NCBI RefSeq assembly: GCF_003704095.1
Contig: NW_020844494.1
Span: 620,001 to 684,000, forward strand
Source of the DNA: Pocillopora damicornis
Lineage: Eukaryota
Length of the DNA stretch: 64,000 bases
Direction of reading: 5' to 3'
Each line of letters opens with the position of its first letter. Position 1 is the stretch's first letter. Under the pieces are notes generated by a model, which saw only the letters and a program-made list of their open reading frames with translations, was not told where the DNA came from and made no database searches. Of this stretch, positions 21,354-34,346 are shown piece after piece. The position numbers and the translations under genes are program-made.

Positions 21354-24300
21354 ATGGCTTCCCAGACTGGTTTGAAAGAAGTTGTGTCTCTTTATCAAAC
21401 TCTCATAAAGGAGTGGAATAGAAAACCCGTTGATCTTGAGAAAGTTGGAAAGCTTCTGTCTGGAATGAAGGTGAGTTACATCTTGTGGGTTTCACCGTAC
21501 TTTCCAGCGGAAAAACATGAGACATGGTTGGAAATTCACATTATCTCGAAACCATGCTCCATATTTCTTGATGAAATGTCCTTTTAATATTTTTAATTAA
21601 CCCTTAGCATGCTGACTTTGAGTTCAGGTTACAATCCCTGAAACTGACAGTTGATCCTTTCAACAGCANNNNNNNNNNTACTTTTCATCAAATCCCAACA
21701 ACGTATATATCAAATTAAAGTTTAAGAAATTTCCTTTCTGATTATACTATTATAATAAACTTTGAACCTAAGTTGCTTTTAAAATTTAGCTATGAAATNN
21801 NNNNNNNNACAAAAGTTATACATTAACAAATAACACATCATATTAATTTCTTCCAAAAATCATCTGTACAAGCCTAAAATGGCAACCAGAGTTAAGCCCT
21901 AGTCCACCAACTTGATAAAACAATTCCTGTGACTNNNNNNNNNNNNNNNNNNNNNNNNNNNNNNNNNNNNNNNNNNNNNNNNNNNNNNNNNNNNNNNNNN
22001 NNNNNNNNNNNNNNNNNNNNNNNNNNNNNNNNNNAAAATGTTCATAAATTTGTCTCTTGACATAATTTGAGGGAAAAAGGGAGTAGATGAAACCTTGTCG
22101 GTGGACCAGTAATCCTGGATATTCTCTTGATTCACGAGGCCCATTGCAATTATCATGGCAAGAAAAGCATTCAGATGTCACACCATCCTCAGGCCAATTT
22201 CTAAACCTTGATGAGTGAAGTAAATGATCTCTTCACTGTTAAGATATGATTGTTTCTGTTGCATAGTTATTTGTTTGGGATGCAATCTCATCGAAATGGG
22301 TTTTCAGGGAATAGGAGATGAAAGTAGTCAGAGAAAGATGGATTGTCAGGAAGCTCCACATTCAACCCTTGATCAGCTGTGAAGTCAAGCCTTTGTGGGA
22401 TACGATCACCAAGGACCCAGTTGTCTTCTTCGGTTTTTTCTTTGCTCTCCTACTTGCCATCACTGTCTTCTTCTCTTCTGTCATCATCTTCTTCGCTGCT
22501 TTCAGAATTATTGGTGTTTTCATCAAAATTGCTATCCTCTCCACCAACAACTTCATTGATAGTTCTTTCATCAACAAATACAATATTGGCCGCCATCTTT
22601 GTTTATCAGTGTTACTGCTCAACACAACATATTTCATGCGAATTAATTCTTTTATTCTACTTGGATCTTCAGAACTCTGTCGGATGCTTAATTTATGTCC
22701 CTTGGGTAGGCCCATGACCATAAAAGTATATAAGCCCGAAATATTCCGAACTTCTCTGCCAATAAAACAATGATGTTTGGAAACCCAGAATATTCTGGAA
22801 CCCATCCACATGGAGGAACAAGAGCGCCCAGAATATTCTGGGAGCCACACGATAAGGGTTAAGTTTAATTTTTTTCCAAAACCTGCCTTAACATTCTTAG
22901 CTGAGGGTAATGCGAAGGAATATTGATTCATTTGACAAATATTGTTTGCACCACAGTTACCATAACTTGATAAAATCAATGATGAAAATTAATTTTTTGA
23001 CTTCTAGATGGCTTTGATCCAGTTTTCATTCTTACCAACTTCTTCAGGAAAGCCAACTTACCAGGAACTTCTTTTAGCAAGTAAGTTTCAAGACTGATTC
23101 CTTCAACAGTTCTGATTGTATGACTCTACCTTTTTCAGCAAGGTTTTGTGTAATTGACACCCACATAGGAATGTTCATGTTTTTCTCTACAAAAATTTTG
23201 TCCATAGGAGATGCATTAGAAATTGGTGTTCAATGGAGCATTTTAAAAAAGGACATACCATCATTTGAAAGATACATGGCACAGTTGAAACCATATTACC
23301 TTGATTACAAGTAAGGGTATTGAATAAACAATGTAGTTTCTGTGTTAGATTATGGACAAGTAAGTATCCAAGTTTAATGCTTCATACATTTAGAAAAGAT
23401 ACATGGTGGCCTTTAAGTGGGTTCACTGAACTCTGTATTTAAAAGGCCTGGCTCTACCCCCTCTTGCAATGATGTTGGGTTTTGTTCTTGAACAAGATGC
23501 TTAAATCTCACAGTGTATGCCTTAACCCATTCAGGAGCATTAATGTTGACGGGTATGGAAAAATTGCCAGGAAAACTCGTTGATTTGTAGTAGGGTTGCC
23601 AAAAATGGAATAGCTCTCTTTATTCATAAGAAGAGAAACTTCACTCCCTATCATTTGCCTCATGAGAATAAGCTGCAGGGGCCAGTTGTATATGTATCTA
23701 TAGTGAATAATGCTATCCAATGGATAAATGGCTATCCAGCTGATAAGTGATAACAAAATATGCTGTGCTATCCACTGGATAGATATTTATCCAGAGAATA
23801 GTACTAGTATTATCCAACCTTTAAAAAACTAGGGCCAGCACAGTAGGTTACGTGTCTGAACAGAAAGTAGTAATGTTTAAATATCTTTAAAATTTTTGGG
23901 AATAATCTACTTGATAATAGTATAATCTTTGTTGTGTGAATTCCATAGGTGCCATTAAGTGTGGTAACTTAAGCACTGGACTTGTTTAAATTTCACAGGG
24001 GCACTTTGGAGGAATCAGTTTATATGTATCAGCTTCTTGGGCTCAATCTGTTGTCTCTTCTTGCACAGAATCGTCTTGCAGAGTTTCATACAGTGAGTAG
24101 TAATAAAAGAGGATGAAATGACATTATCTGCTTTGTCTTTTCCACTTCAGAAGTTAAATACTTTCAAGAGGTTATTGATGCTAGAACCAAGTCTGAATAT
24201 GCCAATTGGTCTGACAAAAGTTGCCATTGTTCTAATAAAAACATTATCTATGATGAGATCAATAGCCAACTGGATGAACCCTTTTAATTCCCAAGATCTG

Positions 24301-25282
24301 ATTGTTATTTCTCCTTTCTGGCTGCTAAACATCTCCTTGTAAATTAGTCATGATAATTTTTTGTTAGATTAAGATAACAAATTTTACATGATAATTTTGA
24401 GTATTCTCATTATCTGTTTGCTGGATAATGTATAAATATTATGGAGAAAAGTAATTTGCCTATCATGTAAGGGAGTTAAAGGGTTAAGATGCTTATATTT
24501 TGATATTTTTGTCCAACAGGAACTGGAACTTTTACCTGCTAAAGAACTTCAGAGCAATGTGTACATTAGACATTCTGTCTCCCTAGAACAGGTAATGGTC
24601 ATGTGATTATATGTACTAAAATATATCCCTCAGTTGTACTTAACAACTATCTAAACTGCCACTGAAAATTCAAATATAAATTTTGTTGATACATATTCTA
24701 TCATTTGAAAAATTGATTTTCATTGAACGTAAATATGACTCTTCTGTTGTGTGAAATGGGTTTCGATCTTTTGATGCACAGTGTAGTAGTTAAATGTTAT
24801 TGAAATGTTTTTTGCATTTTGTTTCAATAGTATCTTATGGAAGGAAACTATAACAAGGTATTTCTGTCACCACTAACTTATGTTATGGTATAGTGTTACT
24901 TATTTTAAGTTATTGTTACTTGTGTAGGTTGTGATTTGTATTTATTTTTGTAGGTCTTCCTGGCAAGGGGAAATGTACCAGCAGACAACTATCATTTCTT
25001 CATGAATATCCTCCTGGATACTCTAAGGTAAGTGAGCTTTAATGACACGGTAAATGGGTGGCTATCAAAGCTTGGACAGATAGGGTCTTTTACCCACTGT
25101 TTATCATTTGTACTGTCTGTTAGTGTCTGTCTGTCTATCTCACTGCTTGTCTCTCAGACTATCTGTCATTGATTATCTGTCCAACTATCTGGCTATAATT
25201 TTCTGTTTATACTTTCCATTTCTGTCTATTTGGTTTGTCTGTTGGTCATTCAGTCAATCAGTCTGTGGAAAGATCATCGCTC

Positions 25283-25315
<33 letters not shown>

Positions 25316-25945
25316 TTTACCCTTTACGGTGGCTAATTTACGTTTTCAACCCAGTTGTTAACACTAAATTAGTCTGTGGAAAGCATATGTTTGTTTCTCT
25401 GTCCAATGTCCCTGTACATATGGGGAGAAGACATTCATGCAACTGATGTATCTACAGTTGTCTTTAAACTTATGGTATTTGAATTTACTTGTTTAAGAGA
25501 TGAAATAGCAGCATGTGCAGAGAAAGCATATGAGCATATATCCTTCCCAGAGGCTACCAGGATACTTTACTTTGAGAGTGAAAAAGATATGGCAGCATTT
25601 GCTCAGAAGGTAACTATTATACTTAGCAATATATGTAGGGTTGTTACCTCTGCATTAATTTTGTTTAAAAAGATACTAATTAGGTACTGCATTTATTAAG
25701 AAGCACACACCAAAACAATATATTTTAAATTTGACCAGCACTCATATATTGTTTAAACTCATGTAGTATATTCAGAATGTTAAATGCTTGTGTACCCTTT
25801 CCTTTAGCGAGAGTGGACTCTAAAGGAAGATAAATACTACTATTTTGAACCAGACCCAGACAAAGAGATGAAACAAGAAATTCCTGCTTACAAAATGATT
25901 AAAAACATGCTGGAGTATGCCAAAGAACTTGAGAGAATAGTTTAA
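21354..25945 (+). CDS. PSMD8: 26S proteasome non-ATPase regulatory subunit 8 (Rpn12)
   Basis: 9 exons (21354-21470, ~23009-23080, ~23209-23310, ~23999-24092, 24520-24591, 24831-24857, ~24954-25028, 25498-25609, 25808-25945). They read [87 protein letters not shown]. Confidence 0.95.
21601..22858 (-). mobile_element. Defective, internally deleted piggyBac element in PSMD8 intron 1
   Basis: TTAA TSDs at 21597-21600 and 22859-22862; ends CCCTTA../..TAAGGG. The minus strand encodes an acidic N-terminus and the PGBD-type segment [36 protein letters not shown]. Contains assembly gaps. Confidence 0.8.
23400..23836. repeat. Decayed SINE-like repeat followed by a GGCC-ended element with repeated TATCCA/TGGATA motifs
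   Basis: ..GTTCTTGAACAAGATGCTTAAATCTCACAGTG.. followed by GGCCAGTTGT...AACTAGGGCC with multiple GCTATCCA..GGATA palindromic units. Confidence 0.45.
25273..25370 (+). mobile_element. 98-bp Penelope-type insertion carrying a minimal type I hammerhead ribozyme motif (25279-25312)
   Basis: GCT-CTGACGA-A-GGGC-TAAC-GCTT-GAAA-CG-TC-AGC; 13-bp TSD AGTCTGTGGAAAG at 25260-25272 and 25371-25383. Confidence 0.7.
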
Positions 25946-26450
25946 AAGAAGATGTACAAGGAAACAACTCAGAGATTGCTGAGCAATGTACAGTACACTT
26001 TTTATTTCATTTGTAGTGTTTGTTATGTAAGTGAACAAATCAAATACAATTATTCAATACTAAAAGGCATAACTTAATTTAACTTTTGATTTTCTAACTT
26101 TGGAACTGGTTGTGTACTCAAGGTTGTAAATGTCTTTAGTACTAAGTTGACCAAATCAGCAATTCCCAACCCTTTTAATATGCTTGCGGTAGGTGTTTCA
26201 AAAAACACAACAATTGTCCATCAATAATTATACTTAAGGCAATCACATAGTAGAGTAATTTTGTGTCATTATTCTCCACTCTGAACAAAACTCTTATCAT
26301 TTCCTACAACAGTTATCATGTTATTGAAATGAATTCCAGCTTTATAGAAGATCAAACACAATATACCCCCTCTGCCAACTTGTTAGGAAATTTAAAATCC
26401 ATAGCCTGTGGACCCTTTTTTTGCTAAATGAAAAAGCAAAAATGCCAAAT

Positions 26451-29400
26451 CTAAAAATTTGTTGATGGCATTGCAATGCACACATTAACAACACGACCAA
26501 TGCAGTATCCACCTGGAGGATAGAAAAAAATGCAATGTGAAAAAAGAGTGATTTAGAGACTGAAAGTATGTCTTTAATAATACATTTTTTCAGAGTACCC
26601 TCTTAAACTCTGGCAAACACTTTTACTAGAAAAATCAAATTATTGATTTCAAACACAAAATGTTGCTCAGCATGTACAGCTTGCATATTTCATGATGTAG
26701 CCCTTAACAAACTTTGAATGAGAGGGGGTAGACATTTTAGCTTACACAAGGTCTCCCACATTCAGCAAATATTGATTGATTCTGTTAACCCAGTATTTCA
26801 ATATTAATGTACTAAATTATTCTGAAAGACGAAAATCAATGTAATTGAGTATTTCTTTTACCTTGTTCATAAGCCTTTATGTGGAAGGAATTTGTTGCTC
26901 CTTGTATGTCACCATATATCTCATACACATTCTCAAAAAGGATCACAAGCCTTACTGCATCATCAATCACAAAGTTGATGCAGTCACCTAAACACAAAAG
27001 ACATCATTATTTTTAAGTTTAGGACTGCAACATCTTAACACTGATTTTATGTTCCACAGTGCTGTCAAGTCTTGTGCATTGAGCTTGAGACTCAAGCAAC
27101 TGAATTCAATCTTATTCATGCTTTCACACTAGAACTATTATTTTTCTTGCATTTAAGGTTTTTGATATAAACTGTTGATTTTTTGATAGAAAACTGCTGT
27201 TTTGGTCAAGTAACTATGAAATTAATTCTCCTTCTTAATATAATTTACTTCTTGTTCCCTTTGGTATCACTTAAAACATTTTTCACCAGTGGAAATTCTC
27301 ACTCAGAATTAAGGAATACACCTCTTAGCTACTTGATTTGTTCACAATTTTCTGGGAGGGGGGGGAGGCATACCCCAATAACCCCCTTCTCCCAAAGCTG
27401 ATGCCTGGAATGTCACAATTAAAGGCTAAGGTCCCATTTGTACTTTAAGTGGGTTAACTTACTTCTTCATAAGAGTTGATTAATGAACGCTAACTAGTAG
27501 AGACACTGGTCACTGTTAATAGATATATTGACAGTATATCACTTTCAGAGAAAAAATCTTCCATTTGATAATCATTATTTGTCACATTTACCTATATTGG
27601 TAAATCTGCAATCTGTACAAGTTTATACACTTCCTATTTAATTCCTAAGCTATGGTTACCTTTTACACATTTTATGAAATCTATGGCCAGTTTTTCAATT
27701 GCTTTGGCAATATCAGTCTCACTGCAATCTTTAAATGCCTTCACCACGTCCATAAGTGCTGTGCCAAACAACTGCAGTCCTTTGAAAATGTTTTTGTTTT
27801 GTAAGGCATCAAATGATTCCTTGAATGCTGCTACAGTTTGGTTTCCATCTTCAACACATTTTTCAAAATTAAAGCCTTCTTTGCCTAATCCTGCAGCAAT
27901 CCCTCTGTAAACTTGAACCCACTCTTTGTCTTTTGTGCCATTGAATACAGTCAGGCTGGAGCTCACTGCATCAAAGAATCTCTTATTTACCCTGGGAGAA
28001 AATGATCAAAGTCAGTCAATACACCCTGTAGAATGTTTGATCTTGTTTATTTATTCCCATGAGATAAACATACTTAGCAATGGCTGTATAAGGGGTGCTT
28101 CAATTGTGATATCTTATCCACAAATGGGGCTTTTTCATTATGGTTATTAGCTAGAGTTGCAATTTGGAGTGCTGATTTTTTAGAAAGTTTGTGCTGATAC
28201 TTGAGAAATAGGCAGTAACACCCTCTTACTCAGCAGTACCCATACAGTGTTAGATGATTAATTTTTAATGAATAACACATACAGGTAGCGGTAGTCATAT
28301 TTGCCATTGGGAAGATAAGATTTGAAAGTCAGAGATCCTTTAGGTAGTGGGTCTGCATTTGGATTCTGTCCTCCTCCAACATATAAGAAGTCCACATACA
28401 TTTCATTGTCAGCACCAGATGGGTATACACCTGAAGAAATCAGTGCAAAGGCAATTGTCAGGGTATATTTTAGAAAAAAGACTTTTTTATTACAGCTGAG
28501 TACCTAGATATATTTTAGGAGATAAAATAGCCTAACTGACCTATCCAATCCTTGTGTGTGGCCTCATCAACTGGTACAGACCATGAGACTTTAACTGGAC
28601 TTCCAAATGCTGCTTGTGTTGTTGACAGGACTAGGGACCGATTCTGCTCAATTATCTCAACATCATCATTAGCACTTAACTGGAAAAGTGAAAATCAAGT
28701 ATTATCAACAGAGTTGATAACATAAATTGGCCATTGTTAAGAGTTTAAAAGCTGACATTTCAAGTGTCAGCCCTTCCCAATCACTCTGACAAAGGGCTAA
28801 CACTTGAAAAGTCAGCTTTTAAACTCTTTACAGTGGCCAATTTCTGTTATCAACTCAGTTCATAATACTAAATTACCCTGTTATACTCTCCCATTGATGC
28901 AACACCACAGTTTCTTTAGAAACTTAACCTCTCTGTTATTTTGAACACTTGATAGCAAATCCTCAGTGATGACCAGCTCATTTAATCTCACTAAGTAAAA
29001 ATTTTATGAAAATCATATTACCCTTAAGGTCTGAGAGAACGATATAACTGAACTTACTGCATATGCTGCCCACCATCCTTTGTCATCATTAATGATGGTG
29101 GAATGACTGGTCAAGGCTGATACAGGACGCCCAATATATTGCCACGGGTTCCACTCCTTACCACGTTCAAGCTCCCACATGTGCCACAGGCCACCTTTGT
29201 TTCCCACTGTGAATATCTTCAAAATAAGACAGTCTTTATAGTTTTACAAACTTGATCAGAAGTAAAATGTCATTTAGCAATTTCTCTAAATAACATGGTG
29301 TTTCAAAATGTGTTTATGTTTCAATATTGTTTTAAAATAAAGTTATAATAGTATACTTTATTCTATTTCTTTGACATAGTAATTGCCATTCCACCACTCC

Positions 29401-31880
29401 CTTAAGGAAGCTATGAAAACTGCGCACTCTTAAGTCATCTCAAGATATTTAACCCTTTGACTCCAGAGTGATCAGCTTCTAATTTCTCCTTACAATATCA
29501 CCCCAAAATGACACACTGAGGTCATGAAAATAAAGGAAGTGATCAACAACTGAAGAAACTCTTGATTGTTAAAAAAATTCTCCTTGTTTAGCACCTTTGG
29601 AAATGTTGAGAGAGCTGTATAGAGAATATGGAATCACGCATACTGATTTTAGGGTATAAAGGGTTACAGTGTTTTGGGGTTACAGTATTTTTCCAAACCA
29701 CAGGGCAGTAAAAACTCCATGCTTACCTCAATTCCAAGATGTATATTAGCCCCAATACTCAAAGGATTATAAGAGGGGTCAGTCATTGGAATCTTGTCAC
29801 CAATCTTAGACCACAAACTCCATGTGCACCACCCCCAAGGGTTTGGAACCTTATCACAGGTTGTTTGCCATATATGGTGAATGTAGCCATCATCACCATA
29901 TACGAACACATTGAGGACACCATTGAATGTACTGTGGCTCATTTGGTGCACTACTGGGGCATGCTGGGTCTCTGGGGCACCATATCCTGTTTCATCCCAG
30001 GAAACCCATTTTGTTGGACCTAAAGGTTTCAAAATGTTTTGAATTTTAAGGTATGATTCAGTGCTTGTTTGAGTATTGTATCCTACTATATTATCACAGA
30101 AATTGACTTTTTGTACCTGTTTGCCAAGTTCTATACATTTTGTTGTTTTCCATGATGGCAAATGCTTCCAGATACTGAAGAAATAAAGATGTATCATAAT
30201 TTTCTACCAACAGTAAATGGTTCCTACCAAAACTAATAAATAAGACTTATCCAAGCATTATTGCTTATAACTTGCATTACTATGCACTCTGTTGAATAAA
30301 CCCAGACTGACTTTCCATACCTTTGAGAAACCATTGTAAGCTATTGCCACATCAGAATTTAATGAAACAGATGATCCACCAATAAGAGCCCAGTCTGACC
30401 AATTACCATTGACTTGCTGTGACCAGTACAGATGGGAGGATTTTGTCACTGATCTTGAGAAGACAGTCAGCTTATTCTGATAGTTCACTACAGACAAAGT
30501 GTCTTTTCCTTTCAGAGTCACTCCTTGAAAGCAATATATTTTTTATAGTTTAAAATCTGCAATTCTTAAAATTAGAGTTAAAACTACAAGATTTTTCACC
30601 AGACTTGAAGATTTAGCTATGAGGGAGAGAGGGATCTTTGGTACATGTTGGGTTTCTACATGTCTATAGGGCAGTTGGGGTTGTGGGGTTTATACAACCC
30701 ACCTCCTTGTCAAGTTAGGTAAGTAATTAGAAAAAAACAGTTCATGTGCCAGTAAGCCTAAAGTAAGACCCCCCCCCCTTTCTTAACTGAAAAAAATCTT
30801 GTTTACACCCCTGAGATTCTTCAAACTTTGTGCCTCAATCTTCCCTTTCATGAGAATTGCCTAAAGATTTGAGAGGCTCCCCCTTTACAACCATTTTGGG
30901 TTTTGGCATGAAATGCTTAACAATGAAGTTATATCAATGTTATAATGTTATATACCTGCTTCAAATGGAATTTTAGCACTGATTGAAAGCCACTTTCCAA
31001 ACTCAAGAGCTGTGCCATCAGCCTCTTTTTTGAGGAAGTAAACTTGTCCATCATCACAAAGACAAAATACAAATGTCTGATTGTTGGAATCATGGATGGC
31101 AACTGGGTTTGAAATTATTGATTTCCCTTCAGGAGAGCCCATATCGTGCCTGAATTGGACAAAGGGTAAAATGAAAGACTGGACAAAATTTAAAAAAATT
31201 ATGCACATGTGTATTGTAAAGAACCTTGATACAGTTCAGTTTTCCAGGTCCTTTAAACTTATTTTGTAAATGGCAAGCATCAGCAACAAGGCTTTTCCTC
31301 TTTATAGATATTTACATATTTAAGTTAACGGCAAGACATCTTCTTAAACCCTGAGATAATTAGCATAAAATGGCAGATCTGACCATCACCAGCTACACTN
31401 NNNNNNNNNACTTTAGCTTTTGTTTAGAGCTTGAACGCGAATAAAGAGATCTAATAAGGCTCATTTCGTTTTAATCTTGAAACCCATTTCAATCTCACGC
31501 GGTCACTTGAAAGCGTGTGGTGTTAATTGAAAAAAGGTCATGCTCCAGTCAGTGAAATATTTACATAGTCGCTGTGCCCATGATTGATTTCGCACGCTTT
31601 GGCAGGATATCGTTTGGAGTTTAAGGTACATATACACTGAGAAAGTATCTTTACTTAATTAACAAACTCACCAATTTGACCACTGCTCCTTGGCATACTG
31701 CTGGTATCTCAATTTCCCTTGGTTTGCGTGGAAAGCGAAAACAACCTCCATTGGAGGTTGCTTGCTTTTTAGAACGGCTAGACGGTCTTCGATGCTCGCT
31801 GTTGGCGTCTTACGTTGATATGATGCACTTATGGAAACATTTATAACCATTAAAAGAAGAAGTAGCCAGCAAGAGGACAT
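26451..31880 (-). CDS. Secreted 640-aa protein: W-rich beta-propeller (PLL/fucose-lectin-like) + Ig/SKICH-like domain + Cys-containing helical C-terminal domain
   Basis: 11 exons (31880-31672, 31149-30956, 30523-30321, 30174-30117, 30019-29727, 29216-29058, 28679-28541, 28430-28283, 27991-27660, 26987-26862, 26512-26451) sum to 1923 nt in frame. Signal peptide MSSCWLLLLLMVINVSISA; 6-7 repeats of the type L.VF..G.DG..H.WQ....W..W..IG; VKVSWSVPVDEATHKDWIGVYP..YDYRYL. Confidence 0.85.
28711..28925. repeat. Palindromic Penelope-tail repeat with a degenerate hammerhead motif; related partial copy at ~41500-41610
   Basis: ~65-bp inverted arms GAGTTGATAAC..AAATTGGCCA..AAGAGTTTAAAAGCTGAC / GTCAGCTTTTAAACTCTT..TGGCCAATTT..GTTATCAACTC. 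The centre reads CTGACAAAGGGCTAACACTTGAAAAGTC. Confidence 0.7.
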
Positions 31881-31983
31881 TGCAACTCTTCTATTTCTCC
31901 GTGACAAGGACCGCCAGAAAATGTGACTTGTGTTGATGAACGGAGACGATAAACCGGAAATAAATTGTTATCACGAGACTCGC

Positions 31984-32087
31984 TAGCCTACTTGTAGCCC
32001 TACCCTCCTCCGCAAGGTAAAGTGGAAGCAAGAGAACCTCGACTCCGTTTCACCTTGGCGGGGGGAGGGTACGGCTACACGTTCGCT
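31984..32087. repeat. Small foldback element
   Basis: TGTAGCCCTACCCTCCTCCGCAAGGTAAA ... TTTCACCTTGGCGGGGGGAGGGTACGGCTACA inverted arms. Confidence 0.6.
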
Positions 32088-32675
32088 GGAGACTTGGACG
32101 CGGCTAGTCATAGGTAACCCACTCAACCCTGATCCCTGAGGTGTACGTTCACTTGCAGCATACAAAATGCACCCAAATTTCGGTGATAACACTTTCATCA
32201 AATCATTTTACAATTCATACGCCTTGCATCCAACAACTTTACTTTGATAAGCTTTCAAATCATGTCTATTTCCATTAGATAATTTGTTACAAAATGTTCT
32301 GTAAGATCCTTGTGGACTAATCTCCCCGTAACACACCACGACAAACTAACAAATTATGTTGAATTTCCTCTTGGACTGGGAATCAAAATACAAGCATGTT
32401 AGCGAGTGTACATGACTTCATTTCTTTAATTATGATAAAATTGATAAAAATTGTAACGATAATATTAGTGATAATAATAATGATGATGATGAGAAAGATG
32501 TTATTGATAACAATTATCGTAGTATGTCTTCCAGTTCTATTCCACAGGTTCCTCTAGGTAAATGTTTTGCCTGGAAATTTACCAAAATTTCGTTAATTTA
32601 TTTCATCCAAGAAAGCTTATTATACATCTTCAACTTCCCTACTTTCCTCGACTATTTAAAAAAGACGGCTAACGC

Positions 32676-33293
32676 TCAACAACGTTTTACGTCTTCAACA
32701 ATCTTCCTCACATCTTTCCAGCTTAGATTCAGCAAGTCACTTGCGCTAATCAAACTTCTGCTAAAGTCCTCAATCTCTGTCCTGCACACCACACAGCGGT
32801 GCGATGACTTCTGAAGAAACGCAAGCTTCAACGACTGCCAAGCGCACCAACTGCACACAACCACGTGTTCGCAAGGCAAAGTTTGGATGCACGCTTCAGC
32901 TTCTAAACACACTGCACAGCGCTTTTCCACCCAACAACTCGCACTGTCCTTTGTGTAGATTTCCTCCTCACCACGAGGACTTCCTCCGTATAGCTCTAAA
33001 AAGCGATCAATGATCATTGGAATCTTTTCAACCTCTATGGAGTAAAGCTCTTTGAGAAGATGTCGTTGTTGTCTTGTCCCACGATCTCTTTGTGCACGTT
33101 TAAATCCGCACCAAAATAAAACCAACGAGGAAAAACAAAGAATGTATACCGCAATCATAGAAATTATCGAAAGTCCACACAATTTGAAAATTAAGATACT
33201 GGAAATGTGGTTGAAACCTAAAAGACCTGAAAATGCGGAGAAAACTTTAACAAAACTCCAAAATCGAAAGAAGGACCCGGAAGGTGAATCCAT
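32676..33293 (-). CDS. Membrane-anchored C3HC4 RING-finger protein (putative E3 ligase), intronless
   Basis: Hydrophobic segment LCGLSIISMIAVYILCFSSLVLFWC; CAVC..PCEHVVVCSWC..CVVCR (IAP/MUL1-type RING spacing). Confidence 0.8.
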   Translation of the reverse strand: MDSPSGSFFRFWSFVKVFSAFSGLLGFNHISSILIFKLCGLSIISMIAVYILCFSSLVLFWCGFKRAQRDRGTRQQRHLLKELYSIEVEKIPMIIDRFLELYGGSPRGEEEIYTKDSASCWVEKRCAVCLEAEACIQTLPCEHVVVCSWCAWQSLKLAFLQKSSHRCVVCRTEIEDFSRSLISASDLLNLSWKDVRKIVEDVKRC

Positions 33294-34007
33294 ATATTTT
33301 TTTTCCCTTGGCTCTTGTCAGGAATCGATTTCAAAACTTAAACTCCAATTTTCTTTTTATGGCAAGATCCTTTGACTATCCAGCTGTTAATATTAATAGG
33401 GAGATTTAGCTTTGCACGAGACCCGAACCTGTTTTTCCACCAGTCAGCCATGAAAAGAAAATCTATACCACCTGTAGTCTGTGTCTTACCTTTGGTAGAA
33501 TGAGAAGCACAGGTCGAACTAACTTCAAACAGAGGCTTCGCAATACAATTTTATTTCACTCCTTTTTTTTATTTGGGATGAGTAACGAGAATTACGTAGC
33601 ATATCACAAGGTCTTCATTTTATTAGCGCCTCATGATAGATTTGAGACGAGTCGGGGAGAGGTTTGCCGGGAGTCTGGCACCAATAGTACCCATTAGTCA
33701 GTGCTAAACGTAGATCCTTTGCAGTCCTCTCGCTCGCCTGCGTTGTTAGCACGCTTGAAAGATTAACAATGAGGGTCTGCACTCAGACTAAGATTTACGT
33801 CAATTTTTCACAATCCCTGTAGATCGATTCGTGCGCAGTCGTGCGCGACTCTGTTTGTCTTTATTTTGGTCGAGAAGCATGAATGTTAATAAGAGTGATA
33901 CAACGTGATAAATTGTACCGAGTTGTGTGTAATTGTAAACAAGTACGGCTTAGAGGTAAAAACGTGACTGGTGAGGAAGAGCCACTTCATGATGATGTCA
34001 TCCATGA

Positions 34008-34346
34008 CTTCTGATGAGGTTATGCTGAGAAGCATTCATCAGATAAGGGACCATTCATTAATTATCGTCTGGGAAGGGGGGGAGGGGAAAGAATTGTGAG
34101 GGAGATCATATGGTTTTAAGGGGGAAAGGTAATGGAGGGAGGGAGGGTAAGTCGACGCCAACAGAGCATAAAGAGCGAATTGATTGTCAATTAACTCTCA
34201 GTAAAGGGAGATCATAATAATAGTATTTTATCATGACACAACAAAAATCCTCCACACCCCTCCCCCTTCCCAGATGATAAAACAATGACCGAACCTTTAT
34301 CTGAGGAAACTAATGCTTCTCAGCATAATCTTCGTCCCTAAGAAGT
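34008..34346. mobile_element. TAAGGGACC-ended MITE (~34043-34298) nested in an older ~90-bp foldback
   Basis: Inner ends TAAGGGACCATTCATT / AATGACCGAACCTTTA. Outer arms GAGGTTATGCTGAGAAGCATT..TCAGATAA / TTATCTGA..AATGCTTCTCAGCATAATCTTC. Confidence 0.55.

Noticed and set aside
22318-22979. ORFs of 151, 205 and 112 aa
   Set aside because: Off-frame or antisense readings of the low-complexity acidic N-terminus of the piggyBac relic; they cross the element boundary.
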